Under the pieces are notes generated by a model. That model saw only the letters and a program-made list of their open reading frames with translations, had not been told where the DNA came from and made no database searches. Below, one piece after another: positions 39,962 through 50,246 of a DNA stretch of 64,000 nt. The stretch is from Coleofasciculus chthonoplastes F2-STO-03 (GTDB taxonomy: Bacteria > Cyanobacteriota > Cyanobacteriia > Cyanobacteriales > Coleofasciculaceae). The first letter of the stretch is position 1. Every line of letters begins with the position of its first letter. The stretch is from contig JAVJWO010000170.1 of assembly GCA_040222015.1 (NCBI GenBank), positions 1 to 64,000 on the forward strand. Direction: 5' to 3'. A program made the position numbers and the translations under genes.

Positions 39962-40991
39962 GAACGTTCTGAAGGAACTTCGGATAAAACCTCGTCGGTG
40001 TCAACCGCTCAAAAAGTAACCGTAACTGTCGCTGCAAATCGCAAAATTCAGACGGAGAAAGCTGAGAATGCCATTCCCATAACCGATCTGGTAACTCCTG
40101 CAAACGGGTAGATGGAACTCGGACTATGAACTGATCCCACGGAATTTCATCTTCCCAAGGCAACATACAATCTGTATCTATCAATATCGGAATCTTACCC
40201 AGAGAAAGGGCTTCATAGAATCGCCAACTATAATTATCCGCTCCCCGAACACAAAGAGCATAAGCATTACGCTGCAAATTATCCAGAAATTGGTAACGCC
40301 TATCTCCCTGTACACCCGGTTGTAGCCCTGTTGTTCCCCGCCCAATAAAATCCGTCTTAATCCGAGAATCTCGTTCCAAAACCTGCATCGCATCCACTCG
40401 CAATGGGTAGCAACAAGTCATGCGAATACCACGAGTTGTCGCACAGAAAAAATTAGCTGCCATTTGACGAGTCAGGCTTTTAGGCATCATCTTCCAGATA
40501 GCAAGTCCCAGATTTCCCCCTTCTCTACCACAAAAACTCACGCTGGGTAAGGGTTCCTTTTCCGTGGGTTGCCAGTCACGGATACCCAATTCTGCCATCA
40601 AATCAAACCCATTCCCACCGAGGAACGCTGGACTAATAATCCCCCCTGGCTCCTGTAGTGAACGATACCAAGAAAAGCGAATAATATAGTCAAGCCATCC
40701 AGGTTTTCGTCGCTCATGGCTGATATCAAAACCAATTGACGGTAATCCATGTTTGGACACCATCGCACCAATCTCAGCAAGTCGCTTAGGCTGATAGAAA
40801 GAAACATTAGAGGGCAACAGAAACCCATCAGCCTTGTCATCCTCAACGATTTCCAACGTCTCTTGCACAACCTGGTTAAACCCTGGAGCATAGGCATTAC
40901 GCCATGCTTTGAGAATTGGGCATCCATAAGGAAATTGTTCCTTTCGTGCTAGTTCAATACCCAGAGTCGTGAGTTTAAGTTTTTGTTTCAT
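39957..40991 (-). CDS. Exostosin-family (GT47) glycosyltransferase
   Basis: VSFCG, YALCVRGADNYSWRFYEALSLGKIPILI..LPW...PW. Confidence 0.85.
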   Translation of the reverse strand: MKQKLKLTTLGIELARKEQFPYGCPILKAWRNAYAPGFNQVVQETLEIVEDDKADGFLLPSNVSFYQPKRLAEIGAMVSKHGLPSIGFDISHERRKPGWLDYIIRFSWYRSLQEPGGIISPAFLGGNGFDLMAELGIRDWQPTEKEPLPSVSFCGREGGNLGLAIWKMMPKSLTRQMAANFFCATTRGIRMTCCYPLRVDAMQVLERDSRIKTDFIGRGTTGLQPGVQGDRRYQFLDNLQRNAYALCVRGADNYSWRFYEALSLGKIPILIDTDCMLPWEDEIPWDQFIVRVPSTRLQELPDRLWEWHSQLSPSEFCDLQRQLRLLFERLTPTRFYPKFLQNVL

Positions 40992-41010
40992 ACATGAAAT
41001 GGTTCACGGC

Positions 41011-42231
41011 TTAGTTCGCCAAAACGTCTTTATAAATCTGAACCCATATTTTTCCCTTAACCTCCCAATCATAAACCTCCTGCACCCTCTTTTGACCCGC
41101 TTCTCCCAGACGAACTCGTAACTCTTGGTTCTCTACCAAGCGAGTCATCGCTTCAGCCAAACCCTGCACTGCCTGCTCCAGATCAGACGCTGGCACTTTA
41201 ATCCCCGTCTCCTCTGTCACATGGGTGGCAGGTCCGCCTAAATCCAAACAAATAATGGGACGCCCTGCTGCCATTCCCTCAATGCACGTCCATCCACCAG
41301 AGTCGTGCAGGCTGGGGTGAACGACGATGTGGCATTCTCCTAACTTATTTATACAGTTCTGGCGAGGTAGATGTCCCAAAAACTGGACTTGCGACGCAAC
41401 ACCTAATTCCTCTGCTAAAGTTTGCAACCGTTTCCATTCTGCTCCATCCCCGAGTAGCCAATATTCAACGTTTGGTAGATTTGCCCGAGCCAAGGCACGT
41501 ATTGCCAGATGATAACCTTTCCAGTGTAACAATCGTCCTATGCTGATAAATCTCACAGGGGAATTGTTGGACATTCCGTACTTTGCCAGATCAACTAGCT
41601 CTGATTTAGATAAACCTATCTGGGAGAATACCTGGACATTTTTAGCACCAAGTTTGAGTAAACGTTGGGCAGTCTCCTCTGTTGCTGCTAGGGCGACAAG
41701 ACTCCGCCTTGCTGTGATCCGAGTAAATGGATCAGTTTCACCCAACCATTGAGCCAAATCTCGCAGGGTTTCGTAAATTTTTCCCCGTAGACTAAAATCA
41801 GCCCAAAATGCTTTAGGAGCCTTTTCACCACCGCCAACAGGTCCCCAAATGAAGGGAATGGGTAGCAATGCCAGAAAGCTGGGAGACCAGTACTTAACGT
41901 AGGTAACATGATGCACCACATCAAAACCAATCTGGCGATGCAATGAATTAGCTATAAAATAGGCTTGTATTTGCCAAAGATAGTAGTGCAGTTGAACAGC
42001 ACCTTGCCTACCTCTCCAATCTTCTGTCCAACTAAAGGGGTCGAAGTAGATAAAGTGCAAGTTAGGAGCTGGATGAGAATTTAGCTCTGCCTCAATCGTG
42101 GAACGGAAAATGGTGCGCGTGAAAACCCAAGTCTGGTGATACCGGGCAAGTGCCAGTGCTGTATTCCAGCCGACTCCTTCCTCAGAGCCACAGCCCGGTT
42201 CACAGGCATAAGCAGATAGTATAATTTTCAT
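41011..42231 (-). CDS. GT4 glycosyltransferase
   Basis: MKIILSAYACEPG.GSE.GVGW, IGRLLHWKG, HPSLHDSGG..EGMAAGRP; ATG at 42231. Confidence 0.93.
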   Translation of the reverse strand: MKIILSAYACEPGCGSEEGVGWNTALALARYHQTWVFTRTIFRSTIEAELNSHPAPNLHFIYFDPFSWTEDWRGRQGAVQLHYYLWQIQAYFIANSLHRQIGFDVVHHVTYVKYWSPSFLALLPIPFIWGPVGGGEKAPKAFWADFSLRGKIYETLRDLAQWLGETDPFTRITARRSLVALAATEETAQRLLKLGAKNVQVFSQIGLSKSELVDLAKYGMSNNSPVRFISIGRLLHWKGYHLAIRALARANLPNVEYWLLGDGAEWKRLQTLAEELGVASQVQFLGHLPRQNCINKLGECHIVVHPSLHDSGGWTCIEGMAAGRPIICLDLGGPATHVTEETGIKVPASDLEQAVQGLAEAMTRLVENQELRVRLGEAGQKRVQEVYDWEVKGKIWVQIYKDVLAN

Positions 42232-42539
42232 GTGCGGATGAAAAAGCAGTGATTCTTCCTGTATGATACTTTTACCCGCATTTCTCAAACGTTTTTCGAT
42301 CGCACGCCAAGAAATCTTGACCTCGACTAGGTTTCAGACATTTTTGACAAACCCTGAATTTTGACAGCGTGTTGATCACTTTATTTTATAAGCCTTGGAA
42401 AAATTATGGAGGCTCTCCTAGAGCCATTATGGAAAGAAATCTGGGTGTTGGCAGTTTTGATTGTTCCTTTGAGACTATTAGCTGATGTTGATGTTCAAGT
42501 CCTATCAGTCAAATACAAGAAAGACAGGGTGATTGCTCC

Positions 42540-43790
42540 ATGAAAATTCTTCTATCTGCTTACGCCTGTGAACCGGGTAGGGGTTCTGAACCTGGGATTG
42601 GTTGGAATATTGCTTGGCAAATTGCCCATTACCATGAAGTTTGGGTCTTGACTCGCCCTGTGGAAGGTCGTCCAGCGATTGAAGCAGAACTTGCCCGTAA
42701 CCCCGTGCCTAATCTAAATTTTATATACTTTACTCTGCCCTTTTGGGCAGGTGATTGGAAATTGTCTGGACAACGATTTATCCAATTACACTACTATCTT
42801 TGGCAAATTCAAGCCTATTTTGTTGCCCGTAAACTCCATCGTCAAATTGGCTTTGACCTGATCTCACACATTACCTTTGGCAAATATTGGGGACCAAGTT
42901 TCCTCTCACTACTACCCGTACCCTTTATCTGGGGTCCCGTTGGTGGTGGAGAATCCGCACCTAAAGCATTCTGGAATGATTTTAGCTTTCGGGGTCAGCT
43001 TTACGAAACGCTGCGAGACTTGGCTCGCTGGTTGGGAGAATACGATCCATTCGTGTCTCTTACCTTCAAACGGAGTGCTTTAATATTAGCAACGACTGAC
43101 GATACAGCTAAAAAATTAAATAGGCTTGGGGAAAACGATATACGAATATTTTCTAACGTTGGTCTATCAAAAGCAGAGATTACTCACCTAGCTCAGTGTA
43201 GAATACCTAAAACTAATCCAGTCAGATTTATTAGCATTGGTCGCCTCCTACATTGGAAAGGTTTTCACTTAGCTCTTAGAGCGTTTGCTTTAGCAAACTT
43301 GGAAGAGGCAGAATACTGGCTCATCGGAGATGGACCGGAACGAAAAAGATTAGAACTATTAACTAGCGAACTCAATGTGACAGGAAAGGTTTGCTTTTGG
43401 GGAGATTTACCTCGCCATGACTTGTTCTCTAAATTGGAAGAATGTCATGTTCTCCTCCATCCTAGCTTGCACGAGTCGGGGGGATTCGTCTGCTCAGAAG
43501 TAATGGCAGCAGGTCGTCCAGTGATTTGTCTAGATATGGGAGGACCTAGCCTTCAAGTAACAGAGGAGACTGGCATTAAGATTCCAGCACACGATCCTGA
43601 TCAAACAGTACGCAGTTTAGCTGAAGCCATGACTCGTTTAGCGAGGAATCCAGAATTAAGACAGAAAATGGGTCAGGCGGGACAAAAACGAGTTAAAGAA
43701 GAATATGACTGGGATGTTAAAGGAGAACGTCTGGTAAAGCTGTATGAGGCGCTCATTACTAACCAATCATTACCAACCAATAGCGATTAG
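42540..43790 (+). CDS. GT4 glycosyltransferase, divergent close paralog of 41011-42231
   Basis: MKILLSAYACEPGRGSEPGIGW, IGRLLHWKG, HPSLHESGG. Confidence 0.93.
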   Translation: MKILLSAYACEPGRGSEPGIGWNIAWQIAHYHEVWVLTRPVEGRPAIEAELARNPVPNLNFIYFTLPFWAGDWKLSGQRFIQLHYYLWQIQAYFVARKLHRQIGFDLISHITFGKYWGPSFLSLLPVPFIWGPVGGGESAPKAFWNDFSFRGQLYETLRDLARWLGEYDPFVSLTFKRSALILATTDDTAKKLNRLGENDIRIFSNVGLSKAEITHLAQCRIPKTNPVRFISIGRLLHWKGFHLALRAFALANLEEAEYWLIGDGPERKRLELLTSELNVTGKVCFWGDLPRHDLFSKLEECHVLLHPSLHESGGFVCSEVMAAGRPVICLDMGGPSLQVTEETGIKIPAHDPDQTVRSLAEAMTRLARNPELRQKMGQAGQKRVKEEYDWDVKGERLVKLYEALITNQSLPTNSD

Positions 43791-43804
43791 CGTAATATTC
43801 ATAA

Positions 43805-44971
43805 ATGCGTATTCTGATAGCCCATAACTACTACCAGCAACCTGGTGGCGAGGATCAGGTCTTCGCTATCGAAGTCACACTTTTAGAATCTTACGGTCAT
43901 CAAGTGGTACGCTATACCCTTGATAATGACCAGATTCAGGGTATGAACCCCTTAGAACTTGCTAAAAAAACAGTATGGAACAGTCAGGTTTATCAAGAGT
44001 TGCGATCGCTCATCCGCCAAGAGCAACCTCAAATTGCTCACTTTCATAATACTTTCCCTCTGATTTCGCCAGCCGCCTATTATGCAGCGAAAGATGAGGG
44101 AATCCCAGTGATTCAGACCCTCCATAATTACCGCTTATTGTGTCCTAATGCTACATTTTTCCGTGAAGGTCGCATCTGTGAGGATTGCATGGGGCAGTTA
44201 ATTCCAATACCTGGAGTAATCCATGCTTGTTATCGGGAGAGTAGAACGGCTACAGCAACAGTGACAATGATGCTCACGACTCATCGCGCTGTAGGGACTT
44301 GGGTAAATTGCTTAGACACATACATTGCTCTGACTGAATTTGCCCGCCAGAAGTTTATCCAAGGGGGATTACCTGCCGAAAAGATTGTGGTTAAGCCTAA
44401 CTTTGTCCATCCTGACCCTGGTTTGGGCGAGGGGCGCGGCAACTATGCCCTCTTTGTGGGACGCCTATCCCCGGAGAAGGGATTGGATACCCTACTTCAA
44501 GCTTGGAAAAAACTTGGCAGTAAGATTCCTTTAAAAATTGTTGGAGATGGTTCCCTAACGTCCCAAGTTAGCCAAGCCGTGGCACAAATTTCAGGAGTGG
44601 AATATTTGGGACGTAAGCCTATAGCGGAGATTTATAGATTAATGGGAGAAGCTGCTTTCCTCGTTTTCCCTTCAGAATGGTATGAAGGTCAACCCCGCAC
44701 GATTTTGGAGTCTTTTGCCGTAGGAACGCCTGTTATTGCCTCTAACTTGGGAGCAATGAGTAGTTTGATTAACCCCTACCACACGGGTTTGCACTTCCGT
44801 CCAGGTGACTCAGAAGACCTCACCGCACAAGTGGAGTGGGTTTTATCCCACCCCACAGAACTAACTCAGATGCGCCAAGAAGCAAGGGCTGAGTTCGAGG
44901 CTAAATATACAGCTACTGAAAACTATCGACGACTCATGGATATTTATCAGAAAGCTATGGATAGTCGGTAG
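43805..44971 (+). CDS. GT4 glycosyltransferase
   Basis: HNYYQQPGGED, HNTFPLISP, VGRLSPEKG, PSEWYEG. Confidence 0.93.
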   Translation: MRILIAHNYYQQPGGEDQVFAIEVTLLESYGHQVVRYTLDNDQIQGMNPLELAKKTVWNSQVYQELRSLIRQEQPQIAHFHNTFPLISPAAYYAAKDEGIPVIQTLHNYRLLCPNATFFREGRICEDCMGQLIPIPGVIHACYRESRTATATVTMMLTTHRAVGTWVNCLDTYIALTEFARQKFIQGGLPAEKIVVKPNFVHPDPGLGEGRGNYALFVGRLSPEKGLDTLLQAWKKLGSKIPLKIVGDGSLTSQVSQAVAQISGVEYLGRKPIAEIYRLMGEAAFLVFPSEWYEGQPRTILESFAVGTPVIASNLGAMSSLINPYHTGLHFRPGDSEDLTAQVEWVLSHPTELTQMRQEARAEFEAKYTATENYRRLMDIYQKAMDSR

Positions 44972-44976
44972 TTTTT

Positions 44977-46267
44977 TTAAATAAAATTCACCTGAACGAC
45001 TAGATCATTATAATCGCGATCGCCTCCACCAAATTTATCCTCAAACCCAAAGGTATTATCCCCCAAAAGGCGGACGTGGTCTACCCCATCTGGGTTAGCC
45101 CCGATAAAGGCAAAATAAGCCATCACGTCTTCACTACTCTGATTAGCGGGATTCTCTGCCAAAAACTCCTCTACAGTGCCATCGCCGATAATAAATGGGG
45201 CAACTAACGTCCCAGCCGGGAGTCCCACGTTTGTGTCCAACCGTTGACGAACCGCCGCCTCAGCATAACCGGAGTCACCCGGTAGCAAACCCCCAATCCG
45301 ACCATCCGAGTCATCAATGACATAAAATCCAAAGCTATTATCATAGTCCGCGTCACTATTCACCCCAAACACAGCCGGAATCATACCCGTTACCTGATCC
45401 CGTAAGTCAATAATTTCCCCTTCTTGTCCTCCTTGTAACTGGGTTCCGAATCCTGGCTCAGTCTCCGTGATTTGAACGGATAAAACTAGGTCATTAAAGT
45501 CCCCATCGTATCCATCTTCCCACGCCAGGTTATAGTAGTTATCACCTAGTTCTGATACCTGTACGGGGTCAAACTGCTCCCCATTGGCAGAAGTCAAGCC
45601 AAAAAATATATTATCAGGAGTGCTTCCAGCCGCCAACTCAGCCCGTACCATATCCGTGGTACTATCTTGTATCAGGTAAAACCCAAATTCCTGACCCCCA
45701 TCTATGCCAAATTGACGGGTGAAACTTAAATCAGGAAACTGATTGCCGGGAAGTACTGAGAAAACAACTTGGGATTGGCTGAGGGCGGCGTCCAGATACC
45801 CCGCTTCCCCAGGCGCAATACCGTTAATATAACCTGACTCATCATCCACCAAAAAAATGCCAACTTCATTCACCCCATCCGTGTCACGTCCGGTTAAATT
45901 AAATTGAAGTTGAACCCTATCTGAGTTCCCTTCCACAAAGAAAACATCTTCAGATGTGCGATTTAGTGCGGGTTCCTGGATAGGTTCAGGGTTGGTTACA
46001 GGTTCCTGAATGGGTTCAGGATTGGTTATGCTATCCGTGGTTCCCTGGGTGACAGTAGCCGACGAATCACCATTATCATTAATTGCCCTGAGGCGATAGT
46101 AATATTGCGTGTTCGCCGTTAAATCAGTGTCCCGGTAACGGGTAACATCAGCCCCTGTGGTAGCTACTACCGTCCAATTCTCTTGGTCGCGCGATCGCTC
46201 AATCTTAAATCCTGTTTCATCATTACTATTATCCGCCCATGTCAGTTCAATTTCTGTAGTAGAAACT
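44977..46267 (-). pseudogene. 5'-truncated paralog of the FN3/DUF4114 protein at 47481-50246
   Basis: Frame stays open upstream of 45936 through an FN3 domain (STTEIELTWADNSNDETGFKIERS) colinear with ~48750 of the full gene, then similarity breaks at ~46265 with no start codon. Confidence 0.82.
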
Positions 46268-46370
46268 TTGGACGGGTCGCTATCGAAGCCTTTGCCAAGG
46301 AAACCCCAATGATTGCGGCTAATATCGGAGCTATTGCTGAACTAGTTGAGCATAGTCGCACGGGACTAAT
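46264..46370 (+). pseudogene. Internal fragment of a GT4 gene
   Basis: FGRVAIEAFAKETPMIAANIGAIAELVEHSRTG is the GT4 ExF..E/GTP segment, homologous to 43805-44971. Confidence 0.72.
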
Positions 46371-46372
46371 AA

Positions 46373-47488
46373 TTAATTAACTTTCTTGCTGAGAACTAAT
46401 TTTCCCTTTAAAACTTTCAGTAATGGCTTCTCTATACAGGAGTGAACTGTGCATCCTAATCCTACTGTTATCATAAAAATTGTAAGCGCCAGCATATTGG
46501 TCAATAGAGGACTGGATGATATGAAATTTAATTTGGTTATGATTTTAGCCAAGTTACTTACTATAAAACCATGAGTTAAATAGATAGAATATGAAGCATT
46601 ACCAATATAAATTAAAAACCTAGGAATGTTAAGCAGCGATTGACTAAGTTCTTGAACAACAGAGGCAGCAACTAGTATACCAAAAGGTAACGCCCAGATT
46701 ATTCTTGTCATAGTCGATTCATCTATTAATTCACTTTGGTACACGATAAAATATAAAGTCAATAGAAAAGCCGCTAAGCAAAATAAAAACCTTTTATATT
46801 GCCAAATCAGTTTTTGATGATTAAGTATAGAATAAGCCACAAAGCAACCTAATAAAAATTCTAAGTTAACCTCTTCAAATATTAAATTTAATAGTGGTGT
46901 CTCTTTAATTATACTAAATTGCAATGTCCAACTTATAAATATACCAATTAACCACAATATACCTATTGGCATAAAATATTTATACCCCAAAACTAGCAAT
47001 AAGCAAAACATAATATAAAAGAATATTTCGTGACTTAATGTCCAGCTTACGCCTAAAATTCGGTTTTCTTGAGGATATAAAAGGATATTTTTTATAACTT
47101 CAATTAAATTGGGGAAATTATCTTGATAATTAAAACCTATAATCAAACCTAATTTACAGATTAGAACAGTCCAGTAAAATGGGTATATCCGTATAAATCG
47201 TTTGAGTATAAATTTCCTTAAAGAACTGGGACAACCAATATCGGATTTGTGAATATAAAAGATGATAAAGCCACTCAAAACAAAGAAAAAATCTACACCA
47301 ATCCAGCCAATATGACCCAAATAATCATATAATAAAATTGGCTGATTAAAATTTTGACTCAGTATCTCGCCTCCATGAAATAGTAATACTAAGACGGCAG
47401 CAATACCTCGATATACCTGTAAAAGGTTGAGTTGTTGCCTAAAAGTTTTTTTCTGGGCAATCACAACGTTTATAACCTCCCTAAACAA
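46373..47488 (-). CDS. Acyltransferase-3 family (OafA-like) O-acyltransferase
   Basis: RGIAAVLVLLFH, GVDFFFVLSGFII, KRFIRIYP, WTLSHEIFFY, SYSIYLTH, IEKP. Confidence 0.93.
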   Translation of the reverse strand: MFREVINVVIAQKKTFRQQLNLLQVYRGIAAVLVLLFHGGEILSQNFNQPILLYDYLGHIGWIGVDFFFVLSGFIIFYIHKSDIGCPSSLRKFILKRFIRIYPFYWTVLICKLGLIIGFNYQDNFPNLIEVIKNILLYPQENRILGVSWTLSHEIFFYIMFCLLLVLGYKYFMPIGILWLIGIFISWTLQFSIIKETPLLNLIFEEVNLEFLLGCFVAYSILNHQKLIWQYKRFLFCLAAFLLTLYFIVYQSELIDESTMTRIIWALPFGILVAASVVQELSQSLLNIPRFLIYIGNASYSIYLTHGFIVSNLAKIITKLNFISSSPLLTNMLALTIFMITVGLGCTVHSCIEKPLLKVLKGKLVLSKKVN

Positions 47489-50246
47489 AATTTACCTGAA
47501 TCACCAAATCATCATAATCACGATCGCCTCCATTCCATTCATCCTCAAACCCAATGGTATTATCCCCCAACAGGCGAACGTGGTCTACCCCATCCGGGTT
47601 AGCTCCCATAAAGGCAAAATAAGCCATCACGTCTTGATCACTCTGATTCAGGGGATTGTCTGCCAAAAACTCTTCTGCTGTACCATCAGCGATAATAAAG
47701 GGAGCAACTAACGTCCCAGCCGGGAGTCCCGCGTTTGTGTCCAACTCCTGACTTACCGCCGCCTCAGCATAACCGACGTCACCGGGAAGTAAATCCCCAA
47801 TGCGACCATCCAGGTCATCAATGACATAAAATCCAAAACTATTATCATACTCGGCGTCACTATTAACCCCAAACACAGTCGGAATCATACCCGTTACCTG
47901 ATCCCGTAAGTCAATGAGTTCTGCTTCTTGTCCTCCTTGTAACTGGGTTCCGACTCCTGGCTCAGTCTCCGTGATTTGCACCGTGAAAACTAGGTCATCA
48001 AAGTCCCCATCATTGCCATCTTCCCACGCCAGGTTATAGTAGTTATCACCTAATTCAGATACCTGTACAGGGTCGAACTGATTGCCATTGGCAGAGGTCA
48101 AACCAAAGAATACATTATCCGGAGTACCTCCAGCCGCCAACTCAGCCCTTACCATATCCGTCGTACTGTCGTTGATCAGGTAAAACCCAAAATTCTGACC
48201 CCCATCTATCCCAAATTGACGGGTAAAGCTTAAATCCGGAAACTGATTGCCAGGAAGCACAGAGAAAACAACTTGGGATTGGTTGAGAGCGGCGTCCAGA
48301 TACCCAGCTTCCCCAGGAGCGATACCGTTAATATAACCCGACTCATCATCCACCCAAAAAATGCCAACTTCATTAACCGAATCCGTGTCACGTCCGGTTA
48401 AATCAAATTGCAGTTGAATCGCATCTGAGTCCCCTTGCACCAAGAAAACATCCTCGGATGTGCGACTCAGTGCGAGTTCTGGGATAGGTGGAGGGCTGGG
48501 TACAGGGTTGGTTATGCTATCCGTGGTTATCTGGGCAGAAATAGCAGACGAGTCACTCGTGTCGTTAATTGCCCTCAGGCGATAGTAATATTGCGTGTTT
48601 GCCGTTAAGTCGGTGTCTCGGTAACGGGTAACATCAGCCGCTGTTGTCGTAACTACTGTCCAATTCTCTTGGTCGCGCGATCGCTCAATCTTAAACCCTG
48701 TTTCATTATTGCTATTATCCGCCCACGCCAGTTCAATTTCTGTGGCAGAAGCTGCTGTCAGAATTAAGTCACTCACCGCCATCGGTGGCGTTTCTCTAGA
48801 CAAGCTGACTATCGCTCCCGCTGTTACCTCTGGATTCCCTGGTATGGGAGGTGTTTGCACTGTCCCGCCATTATCGGTAAACGAACCGAGATCAGGGTCA
48901 ATCAGCTTCACCCTCGGGGTCACCTTTTTGTCATCCGGGTTGGGATATAAGGATTGGACATTTCCACCGTCATCACTAAACTCTTTTTCAGTGTGATGGT
49001 TAATATTCCAACTATTGCCCCCATTATTGGCAAAATTATCGGCAACAAGGGTATTTTGGAGCGTAACATTTGGTCCACCCCCCCAAAATGCTGCCCCCAT
49101 AAACCCAGCATAATTATTGGCAATAGTTGTGTTTGTAATTTTAGTCGGTCTAGAATCACCAACTAAAGTAATCGCGCCTCCTAAACCACCTTTGCCATCG
49201 GCTGACTCGGCTCGGTTCCCGTAGAAGATACTGTTGTCAATCTCAATATCTGAAGTTCCCTCTGTCCACAAGCCACCTCCTTGACCCTCAGCCCGATTGT
49301 AAGCCAACGTAGTGTTGTGGAGGATAAACACACCCAAGCCCTGGCGTATGCCAGCGCCAATAGCAGCTCCTTGGGCGTTTTCCGTAACCTGATTGTTAAT
49401 AATTGTGCTATTTTCAACCCGGACAGTATCGCCATCGTAAACAAACAGAAATAGCCCTCCTCCTTCTCCTACTCCTGTATTGCCATCAAAGCGACTGTTA
49501 AGAATTTCCACAGTGCCAGACGTGCTGTTATCAGTGGTTTCCGAAGCGCCATCTGTATAAATTGCGCCACCCCTATCCGTTGAGCTGTTGTTGGTAAACG
49601 TCGAATTTTCTACGGTCAAGTCGCCCAAGAGGGTATTAATTGCGCCACCGCTAACTCCAGTGTTGTTGATAAACTCGCTATCCTTAACGACGGTAACGCC
49701 TATACTACCAAGCGCGATCGCACCCCCACCTCGTTCTGTTAGTTTCCCCGATTGCCCAATCGCGGAGGTGCTATTCCCCTCAAATTTAGAGCCAATTACC
49801 GTCACGGTACTACCCCAACGGGCATAAATCCCACCGCCTCCCTCACCGTTGGCATGGTTATTCTTGAATTCGCTATGTTCTACTGTTAGATTTGTCCCAC
49901 CTTGCGCCCAAATTCCTCCCCCTGCACCGTCTTCACCTTTTTCGGTAGTCTTTCCATCGGCGATAATCAGATGTTTCAGGGTTACTTCTACATGTTCCCA
50001 TGTGGGATTACCTTGAAGGAAAAACACACGAGAGGTGTTATTGCCACTGATGGTTAAACCTGGAGTATTTTGCCCATCAATTGTCAAGTCTTTATCAACT
50101 TCTAGCTGACCACTGGTGAGGGTAATGGTCTGGTTCGCTAGACTCGAAGCAAATTGAATCGTATCCCCTGCCTTGGCTTGCGCGATCGCAGCTCTCAAAG
50201 AACCCGCCCCACTGTCAGCAGCGCTTGTAACCGTAATGGTAGTCAT
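47481..50246 (-). CDS. Extracellular-type protein: right-handed beta-helix repeats + FN3 + DUF4114-like C-terminal repeats
   Basis: DSGAGSLRAAI start, GGGI/GGAI..F..N repeats, FN3 (LAWADNS..YYYRLRA), WEDGNDGDFDDL and GFED..GGDRDYDDL. Confidence 0.85.
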   Translation of the reverse strand: MTTITVTSAADSGAGSLRAAIAQAKAGDTIQFASSLANQTITLTSGQLEVDKDLTIDGQNTPGLTISGNNTSRVFFLQGNPTWEHVEVTLKHLIIADGKTTEKGEDGAGGGIWAQGGTNLTVEHSEFKNNHANGEGGGGIYARWGSTVTVIGSKFEGNSTSAIGQSGKLTERGGGAIALGSIGVTVVKDSEFINNTGVSGGAINTLLGDLTVENSTFTNNSSTDRGGAIYTDGASETTDNSTSGTVEILNSRFDGNTGVGEGGGLFLFVYDGDTVRVENSTIINNQVTENAQGAAIGAGIRQGLGVFILHNTTLAYNRAEGQGGGLWTEGTSDIEIDNSIFYGNRAESADGKGGLGGAITLVGDSRPTKITNTTIANNYAGFMGAAFWGGGPNVTLQNTLVADNFANNGGNSWNINHHTEKEFSDDGGNVQSLYPNPDDKKVTPRVKLIDPDLGSFTDNGGTVQTPPIPGNPEVTAGAIVSLSRETPPMAVSDLILTAASATEIELAWADNSNNETGFKIERSRDQENWTVVTTTAADVTRYRDTDLTANTQYYYRLRAINDTSDSSAISAQITTDSITNPVPSPPPIPELALSRTSEDVFLVQGDSDAIQLQFDLTGRDTDSVNEVGIFWVDDESGYINGIAPGEAGYLDAALNQSQVVFSVLPGNQFPDLSFTRQFGIDGGQNFGFYLINDSTTDMVRAELAAGGTPDNVFFGLTSANGNQFDPVQVSELGDNYYNLAWEDGNDGDFDDLVFTVQITETEPGVGTQLQGGQEAELIDLRDQVTGMIPTVFGVNSDAEYDNSFGFYVIDDLDGRIGDLLPGDVGYAEAAVSQELDTNAGLPAGTLVAPFIIADGTAEEFLADNPLNQSDQDVMAYFAFMGANPDGVDHVRLLGDNTIGFEDEWNGGDRDYDDLVIQVNFV

